Assembly: GCA_965153355.1 (NCBI GenBank)
Contig: OZ231126.1
Location: forward strand, 49,848,001-49,912,000
Source: Flaccisagitta enflata
Lineage: Eukaryota
Direction of reading: 5' to 3'
DNA: 64,000 nt
Part shown: positions 54,731 through 64,000 of the stretch, in pieces
How the letters are laid out: every line of letters begins with the position of its first letter
Position numbering within the stretch: the stretch's first letter is position 1
Translations under genes and position numbers: made by a program
The notes under the pieces: model-generated
What the model saw: only the letters and a program-made list of their open reading frames with translations
Told to the model about the DNA's origin: nothing
The model's database searches: none

Positions 54731-57700
54731 CATTTGATAAGAGGACTGGATTTTGTTTGCTGAGAACGGGAGAGGCCACAAAAAAAGAGGCCCACCAGAC
54801 TCGTGCATGTTTGACGATAAAAAGATAAGTAGAAGGGAACAAATCTGTGACCTTGTTGATTGTCAATCTCTCTTGTACCCATGTGCTGTGTTTGATGGTT
54901 TTAGAGAGAGTTTATGAGATTTGTTTCGCTTCTCAGTGCTCTTTTTTTCTCGTGTGTGTACGTGTATAAACTGTAAGTTCACATAAATCCTGCTTACTTC
55001 TGGTTAAAGATGTTTGTTTTCCCATGCGAATTATTTCGATATGATAATCTTTACGAACCAAGGTTTTGGTAATCGATCAAGAGGTGCATAAATAATGTAA
55101 CGTGTTTTTAAGGCTCAGCTATGTGATCATATAATGATTTATAGTACAGTTTCTATTAATTGGTTTTAGTTGTGCAAAGAGGGGCATGGGTAGTAGTATT
55201 AGACTTGAAGACCTTTCAGTCATTTTAGGGTAAATCATGGAAACAAAAGTCTGAAAATTCGATGAAAGATCACTGAAACACAAAATTATGAAATGAATGC
55301 TCAGTCGGCGTTAATCTGAGTAGCCCAGTTGAAATTTCGCTAACAATTTTGCCGACAATAAGATTGCATTCCCAGCGTTAATGCTTGAGCATTTTCCGCC
55401 TAGTCTTTTAACATAAGTTAAAACCTCGTGGAAAATATGATAAGATATGAAGCGTCACAGACCGCAGAGTCGCATGCATGCTTCTTAATCTTAGAAAAAA
55501 AAATGTTACAACACTGATACGAAATATTAGGTGTACAGTTAAAAAGGTATTATTGTATTTAGATCTCCTTAAGAAAACATCATCTTTTTATCGAACATTC
55601 GATAAAAAAAAGGTTTTCAAATTTTTGCGAATATAAAAGGATGTTGTCGTAACTGCTGAAGATAAAGTAACCATCCAAAGAAGTGTGTTCTGAGTGGTAA
55701 CGGCGTCTTCGTGTATTATTCAAAAGTAAACACTTGAACTTGAAGGATGTGATTAATGATGATGGAGTTTTTTCTCCGCCGTGGTTTTTGTTTACGACTA
55801 TTTCGACTTTGTCATGTGATTTATTGAAAGATTTATGGGATGATTTTGGTCGCGTCCACTTTTTGTTGGATTTTGATTTTCTTATTACGTCATTTACATG
55901 TGGATAATGTCATGGACGATACACAATACATTTTTAGTTTTACATTTGAATTACTTTTAGTCGCGTTCTACGCGACTCTACAACCAGCTATGTCGGTCCG
56001 TCGGTCCGTCGGTCCGTCACGGCTGGTTTGGTTGGTCGGTTGGTCCCCTTTTTACTTTTTTGGTGTTTTCGAGCTTTTTAAGCTTACTACTTCTGCCCAA
56101 ATGCCCCAGCAACCTTCTCCAGCACTGCTCCTGCCCAACCGCACGCGACTAGGGTAGCCGTGTATCCAGCCTTGTTTGTTGCGTTGTCGTTGTTTAAAAA
56201 TCTCTTTTTGTTCAATAAAATATTCCGTAAACGCAAAAATTTACAGCGTTACAGCGAGTTTTGGATTGGTCTCAAATGTTAAAAGATCGACTTTCCAAAT
56301 ATAAATCCTCATTTCTCTGGATTCTTCCATTCGTCCATCGTTTTTTATGTGCGTCGTCGTACATCTAAGTGAGGTTTTGTCTGTCTGTCCGTCCGTCCGT
56401 CGGTCAGTCGGTCCGTCTTTCTGTCCATCACACAAACCCGATATCCGCGCAAAACTGCCATTTCGGCGTCTTGCAGTAATGACTTAATACCTGTAGTCTC
56501 TCATGCTTTACCACATTCATTTTCATTCACTCATTCATTCAGAACGTTCATTCACATATTTCTAATCAGCGAGGCCTTGTTAGAATTCAGATGTCAGAAA
56601 CGAGGTCAACAACACCCAAGTAGCTTTAAGCATATTTCCGAGACGAACGAAAAAGAATGAAACGGAATGATGAAATGAAACGGCATCATCAATGTTACCA
56701 TTTCATTAATAATTACCGCACTGCCGTTGCAATAACTTTTACTGCAGCTACAATATGATTTACATGAACAACGATTCACTTGAGAGAATGACGTAAAAAT
56801 TGCATCAAAAATTCAAAATCTCGTCGAGGGGATGTGCGAGATTGGAAAGTGCACATTCTCCCAAATAGGATGATAGGCTGTTGCTTATTTTCTTGTATTA
56901 TTTGTGCTCGATCTGCACAAAAAGTGGCTCAAACTATCTAATTGCTATATTCTAGAGTGTCCAAAATCTTTTTTGGAGCGAAATTGTGTCATGAAGGACA
57001 TGATAAGCGCTGCTGTAATGATACAGCTACAAAGCCAGTTGGCGCTTCATCACCCCCTGAACCTGTGCGCTGTAAAGCTACAAAGTGCATCGGGCTTGAT
57101 GGAGTCCGCAGGTCCGTTGCAGTTGCCCCTTTAATATCCTTGGCACGTTGAGTCTCATGCTTATGGGATCCAGAGGTTCAATGAACATCTTTTGCCTGAA
57201 GGAGCCAGTAAGTTAGTTGCCACTCTGTGCACTGTGAAGCGTCTCATGCTTGAAGGAGCCAGCAAGTCAGTTGGCACTTCATCAACGCAGTTTATCGACT
57301 CTCTGATTGACGTTTTCTTTCTCAACGTCTCCTCTTTACCGAGACTTGTCTTAACTCAATCTATGTGTACAATAGCCAGATTAACCACCATTTTTTTCCG
57401 CAAAACAGCGTGAACGCAGTACTCAGTTGCTCGGCCATAGTAAAATCCAATTCTTACTGATTTTCGATGAAATTATTGGATGAACAAAACAAAACAAACA
57501 ATTCAAAACAAAACAATTAAGGGTCAGGGAACCAGATCTGTTTTTAGTGGCAACCTCGCGACTCCAAAATGGGCTTTGTCCATCCATCGGTCCGTTGGTC
57601 CATCCATTGGTCCGTCAGTCTGTAATGATCAAGTTGGGAAATGTAAAAATGAGCATTAAGGATGACTTTAGGTTTGTGTTTGTGTGTGGGCGTATGGAGG

Positions 57701-58964
57701 GGGGAAGCTCCTTCCCACCCATCCGCGTATGGAGGGGGATGTATACTCCTGCCTATCCATCCGGGACGATATTGTCACCCCGCGTTACTTGTTGGAAGCA
57801 TACTTGCGGATCCTTAAGTGTGAGGTGCGACTGTATGCGTTGACAATGCAAGTGGCTGACTATCAAAATCGCTGGGAAGCCTTTTAAGTTTGGCCTCAAT
57901 TTAATCAAGTTCCGAATAAGGATCCCGCGGGCGAAATCACTGGTGAGTGGTGAATGAAAAAGAATTAAGCATAAAGCTGAGCTCTTTGTGAGTATAGAAT
58001 TATCAATGATGTATGTGCGCATAGTATGGATTCGTGTCACAAAGGTAGAGAGAACGTACATGTGTGTGAAAAAGAATACACAGCAAACAGTGTGAACGGC
58101 ATCATCCTTATCTTCTTGTAACTTTTTCTTCACTCCTTTCCCTGTCGCCCGACTCTTTCACGTTTCTTTTTGCATAAGACGGCAAATTTTTGAAGGAAAA
58201 CTAAGTGTTTCACCATACTTTTTGCATCATTTTCTTGGACAATAATTGCAAAGAATGATTTTCAAAGATAAATTTGCTTTGAAGACACTTGTTGTATACA
58301 TTTCTATCATATTCTGACCTCAAAAGTGAATTTGACAATGCAATTCAAATGAGAAAAGCAAGAAAAAAGAGGTTTTTAATGAAATTTTGCTTACATTTTT
58401 TTGTTTGTTCTTGCCGTTGAAATTTTAAGACTCTCAAATGCAGGGAAATTTTGCATTTCCAAAACATAGTTCTCTTCGTAATCAATTTTGGAAGAGAACT
58501 ATGTTTTTTTTTTTCATTTTTTCATTTTCTATGCAATCTTAGAATTTCAACGAGCCCCCTGTCAGTTACCAAAAATGAAATTTTCAGTAATTTGCATTAT
58601 ATTTTCTTCATTAATTTTAGCTTCATTTGGTTCTTTTTCATGTTTGAATGCAAGTTATGCAAAAGAATATCAATTATGATATATCTCAATGATTATTTCC
58701 GTTTAATCATTCAAATTCAATCATTCTAATTTTTTACTTTGGCTCCTGTTGAAACACATATGTTGCCTTCCGAGGAATGCCGTCATAATGAAATGACATT
58801 TTATCCAGATGGTGCCCTCCAACAACGGCTCATTTCTATACATTATCAGCATGTTGATGAAATTAATAGTACCGTCAAGATAATCTAGATAGAATGAATA
58901 CGCTGCCTGTCGTGTCGCTATCGTGCCACGTGTGCGCGTGCCACGTGTGCGAGTGCGCGTGCAG

Positions 58965-59061
<97 letters not shown>

Positions 59062-59094
59062 TGCGCGCGAGCGAACGACGACGACGATTACAGC

Positions 59095-59175
<81 letters not shown>

Positions 59176-59254
59176 AACGACAACGACAACGACGACAACA
59201 ACAATAACAACAACAACAACAACAAACAACAACAACAAATAAAAACAACAACAA

Positions 59255-59320
<66 letters not shown>

Positions 59321-62300
59321 CGATAAAGACGAAGACGACGACAATGACGACGAGACGACAACCTTTCCTCCTCGTTCGCTTTCTGTTTAACAAAGGCTTA
59401 AGGACTGTAAGGTCGTTTGCCAAATACCTCTAGTCAATATAAATGCATAAATGCAAAAAAAAGCCCCACTTTTGCGTGTTTGATGAAGTCCTTCGCCGTC
59501 GCCTGGAGTTGATGTGTGCACGAAGGATCACCTTAAATGCCACAGACTCGTTCCAGATTAGTTTTATGTGAAGGAAATGGGGAAGAAAAAGAGGGTCAAG
59601 TTGAAAACGTGTGGCTTGTTTTAGTTAGTTGTTTTAGGTTCTCGTCGTCATTAAAAAGGCCTGGTTCAGTTGGCTAATGTCTTTCTGTTTGTACAGAAAG
59701 TTTCTGTTTGTACAGTCATGTCAGTCTCGTTTTTATTTTGTTTGACACAAAGAATATGGTAATGATGTGAACTTCAATAACAATGATTTTATTTCTTTCA
59801 TCAAAAATACTCTTAAATTCATTCCACACGACTACCCAAGTCGCGTGCGGGTGGGCAGGGACAGTGATGGAGAAGGTCACTAGGGCATTTTGGCAGGAGC
59901 AGTGAGCTCAAAACGCTCAAATACACCGAAAAATTAAACAGGGCTGGGGACCAACCGACCGACCGACTGACAAAGCGGGTGAAGAGTCGCGTAGCACGCG
60001 ACTAAAAAACAAGGCCAGATACACGGCTACCCTAGTCGCATTCGGGTAGGCTAGAGCAGTGCTGAAGAAGGTCACTGAAGCATTTGGGCAGGAGCCATAA
60101 GCTCAAAAAGCTCAAAAACGCCAAAAAAGTAAGAGTCGCAAAAGCGTTAGATGGCCAGCGGTACCCGTTGCCCCTGTGTGAGTTCCGATGACCTATGCTG
60201 TTTTTATTGCAGCTTGGATGTGAGCCATGGGGCTGGGATTTAAGCCTGGAAGCTTGGAGGCCAGGATTTGAGCTTTGAGACTGGGATTTGAGCCTCAAGA
60301 CTAGGATCAGAGCCATGGGACTGGGATCGGAGCCTCGATACTGGGATTTGAGCCTGGAAACTGGGATTTGAGCCTGGAAACTGGGATTTGAGCCTGGAGA
60401 CTGGGATTTGAGCCTTGAGATGAGGATTTTAGCCTCGAGATTGGGATTTGAGCCTCAAGACTGGGATTGTAGCTTTGAGACTGAGATTTGAGCTTCAAGA
60501 CTGGAATTTGAGCCTGGAGACCGGGTTTCAAGCAAGTGGGGGTACGCTGGAGGAGAAGGAGAAGAAAAAATTTCGGAGCTGCTGATTGAGTCTCTGCATG
60601 ATTTTGTTTTTCTTTTAGAATCCTCCGCCAGAGCGAATTAAATTTGAATAGCTTCGGGTCGTAATACATAAAACCCAGCCAACCCTTAGCCCTAAAGCTA
60701 ACCTTGTCCCTAACCCTAACCCTAAAACTATCCCCAACCCTAACCCTAACCCTAAACCCACCCCTAACCCTAATTTTTTAAAAAAAACGCTTAAAAAGTC
60801 TTAAAAACAAAAGATCGACAGATGCTTGTTCAAGTGTACCCATGTGAAAGCATAGGTCATCGGCTCCTTCGGGGCCGCTGTCCAAAAAGGGGACCGACTA
60901 ACTGACCGACCGACCGACCACCGATCCACCGACCGACCGACCGACTGACCGACTGACCGACCGACCGACCGATCGACGTAGCGGGGTGTAGAGTTGCGTA
61001 GCACGCGACTTGAAAAAAAGCACAATTTGTCCACAGACTGTTTCTACTTTCGACGGCGTAGTTTTTATCGCGCGGCAAAGGGCATTTCCAAAGCACTTCT
61101 TATTTCGTTTCACGTCATTAACGCGTCGTTGACGTGTCATGACGTGATCCCTGCAGAGGCTGTTGTTGTTGTTATTGTTTTGGTTGTCGTTGTTGTTCTT
61201 GTTGTTGTTGTTTTTGTTGATGTGATCTCTCGAGAGTTTTTCCCGCCACCGTTTTTGACCAAAGGTTGACAGGGTGTCACTAACGACATCTAACGAGGTT
61301 AAGCGTGAATATAGAGCGGGGTGAAAGGATGTCATTAAAGATATCTAAGCATGAAAAAAGAGAGGGGTGAACGGGTGAAATTGATGACAGCTAGAGAGGT
61401 ACCGCGATAGGTATGACCAAGAAGGCTGACAAAATTTGGCATTGAAAGAGCGGAAATCGGTGAAAACTGCGTTTTTAAAATGAATTCTAGGCTTTGAATG
61501 GTTGAAAGGTGACAGCGAATCGTTATTCAGAATCGCTTCTCTCTTTTACAGTAAAAGGGAGTGGGGTCGCGTTGATTTGATGCGACGGAGCTGGTAGGTG
61601 GAGACAGCTTAAAACTTGATTAATAAAACTTGATAAATATTAAAGACAAATGAACATAACTATAATCGCCCTTTCAAAAATAATTACGAGTTTGAAAATG
61701 ACAAATCACCTACACTGTTATGCAATGCTCCTAAAATAATTCGAATGACTCGTAGCGTCCGATCGACAGAACCGAAAAAGGCACGTGCGCGTGCTCGGGA
61801 ACCAAGACCAAGAAGCCAGTAACCGTTTAGTCAAAGGCGTCAATCCTGTGGAATGCCAACGACTTTTTAAGAAGGAGTCAAGAGTCAAGAAAGGATACAG
61901 GAGACTGAAGGAACTCAAGTGGCCACAAGATTAATAGGAACGTTAACAATAAACAAGTCTTAACACTAAAGCAAAAGGTGAATACGTGAATGGGTTATCA
62001 GCAGAATGTCGAGTAAGTCAAGTCTTTAAATGTACATAAGATCATTACCGTTCAACTTCGTTTCCTGTCTATGACTTCATCGATCATCATGGCCAGGTTA
62101 CATATTTCTAGGTTATTGAGATAAACAAGGCCGGATACACGGCTACTTGATCATTTGGGCAGGAGTAGTGAGGCCAAAGACCGCAAAAAGTAAAAAAAAA
62201 AAAGTAAAGTGTGACGGACCGACGGACTAACCGACAAAGCGGGGTGTAGAGTCGCGTAGCACGCGACTAAAAACGATAAATGGAGAGGGGCAAGAGAATG

Positions 62301-62767
62301 TCATCAAGTGGGTGTAAAGGTGAGTTGGACGTAAATTTACTGCCGCACTTCGGGACGCCTTCCGGTGTCCCCGTCATTGTCTCTCTCCGTGAAATATGAC
62401 GATCGATAGAGTAGAGGGAAATGTGGAGGGTGAAAGGGAGAAAGAGAAGAAAGAAAGAAGAGGGAGAAGAAGAAGGAAAAGAAAAAAAAGAAGGAGAAGA
62501 GGAGGAAAAAGAAGAAGAAGAAGAAGAAGAAAAAGAAAAAGAAAGAAAAAGGAGATGAAAAGAAGAAGAAGAAGAAGAAGAAGAAGAAGAAGAAGAAGAA
62601 AGAGAAAAAGAAAAAGAAAAGAAAAAGAAAAAGAAAAAGAAAAAGAAAAAGAAAAAGAAAAAGAAGAAGAAGAAGAAGAAGAAGAAGAAGAGAAGAAGAA
62701 GAAGAAGAAGAAGAAGAAGAAGAAGAAGAAGAAGAAGAAGAAGAAGAAGAAGAAGAAGAAGAAGAAG

Positions 62768-62799
<32 letters not shown>

Positions 62800-63046
62800 G
62801 AAGAAGAAGTCGAAGAAGACGAAGAAGACGAAGAAGAAAGAAGAAGAAAGAAGAAGAGAAGAAAAAAAAAAGAAAAAAAGAAGAAAGAAAGAAAAAGAAA
62901 AAAAGATGCGAAATCTACGAAATCGCATCACCTACCTTCGCCCTCCTTCATATTTACCTACGGACTGACCTAAACAGGGAAAATGATATGAAAGGAATGT
63001 ACGTTGAAAAGGCCACACACGCACAAAATCGACCCTTCTTGTAAAA

Positions 63047-63144
<98 letters not shown>

Positions 63145-63501
63145 TCGTCTTCCTCACCCATTTTCAGTCCAGTAACCGAGGTTGATTACCTCACTTTCGC
63201 CGAGCGATTGGAGAATGTGGGTTAACCTACCGACCGACGGATCCGGACTACATAAACGAACCGACAGACCGACCGACCGAAAGACCGACGCATCAACTTC
63301 CCCAGTTCTCATCCTTTAAATGGCTCGGAACTTCACACAATCACACACCTCATCGAACAACACACGTGCATTAAACCTACGTTCATTCTTCTTTTACTCT
63401 TTCTTTCTTTTTTGTTCATTTTCTTTTTTTCTTTCTTACTTATTTTCTGTCTTCCTTGCTTTCTTTTTTTCATTGTTAGTTTCTTTCTTACTCTGTTTCT
63501 C

Positions 63502-63558
<57 letters not shown>

Positions 63559-63696
63559 TTTCTTTCTTTCTCTCTCTTTCTTCTTCCTTTTTTCTTTCTT
63601 TCTTCTTTCTTCCTTTCTTTCTTTCTTTTTTCTTTATTTCTTTTTTCTTTCTCACTTCCTCTCTTTCTTTCTTACTTCCTCTCTCTTTCCCTACTG

Positions 63697-63736
<40 letters not shown>

Positions 63737-63842
63737 TTTACTTCTTCTTTTTGTTCTCTCTCTCCTAACACACTCAACCCGTTAAACATCATTTTTTCTT
63801 ACTTTCTTACTATCTCTTTCTTTCTTTTTTTTTTCCTTTCCT

Positions 63843-63910
<68 letters not shown>

Positions 63911-63951
63911 TCCTCCTTCTCTCTTTCCTTTCTTTCTTTCCTCTTTCTTCT

Positions 63952-63999
<48 letters not shown>

Positions 64000-64000
64000 T

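Noticed and set aside
61350..61895. Possible spliced gene (strong acceptor at 61551, donors at 61411 and 61593, AATAAA near 61888; mirror ~26010-26555)
   Set aside because: The exon joins I tried hit stop codons or gave only very short peptides; a non-coding transcript cannot be supported from sequence alone.

Overview
Eukaryotic, probably invertebrate animal, genomic DNA that is AT-rich and saturated with microsatellites and non-autonomous transposons. Almost all ORFs in the supplied track are simple-repeat artefacts. (1) One host gene can be assembled by hand: 4 phase-compatible exons (11109-11252, 11702-11868, 12295-12473, 12834-13771, +) encoding a 475-aa Cys-rich single-pass type I membrane protein that I cannot assign to a family. 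(2) About 23.9 kb to the window end is one giant inverted duplication (arms >=20 kb, axis ~43,960). Its axis lies beside a decayed Tc1/mariner remnant. The pattern of arm differences suggests an assembly fold-back or haplotype artefact at least as strongly as a real palindrome. (3) Transposon content: many Helentron-type non-autonomous elements (HINE/DINE-1-like) of several families, often nested and carrying internal minisatellites; a young 5'-truncated L2/CR1-group LINE inside a palindromic Tc1/mariner MITE; the 3' end of an RLE-type (Hero/NeSL-like) retrotransposon; hAT-like and Kolobok-like MITEs; and a 2.6-kb foldback element built of GTTAATTAAC-rich repeats. No rRNA, tRNA or CRISPR array was seen. 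I found no clearly new biological system; the best leads are the orphan receptor-like gene, the giant palindrome and the TTAATTAA foldback. All calls were made by eye without database searches.
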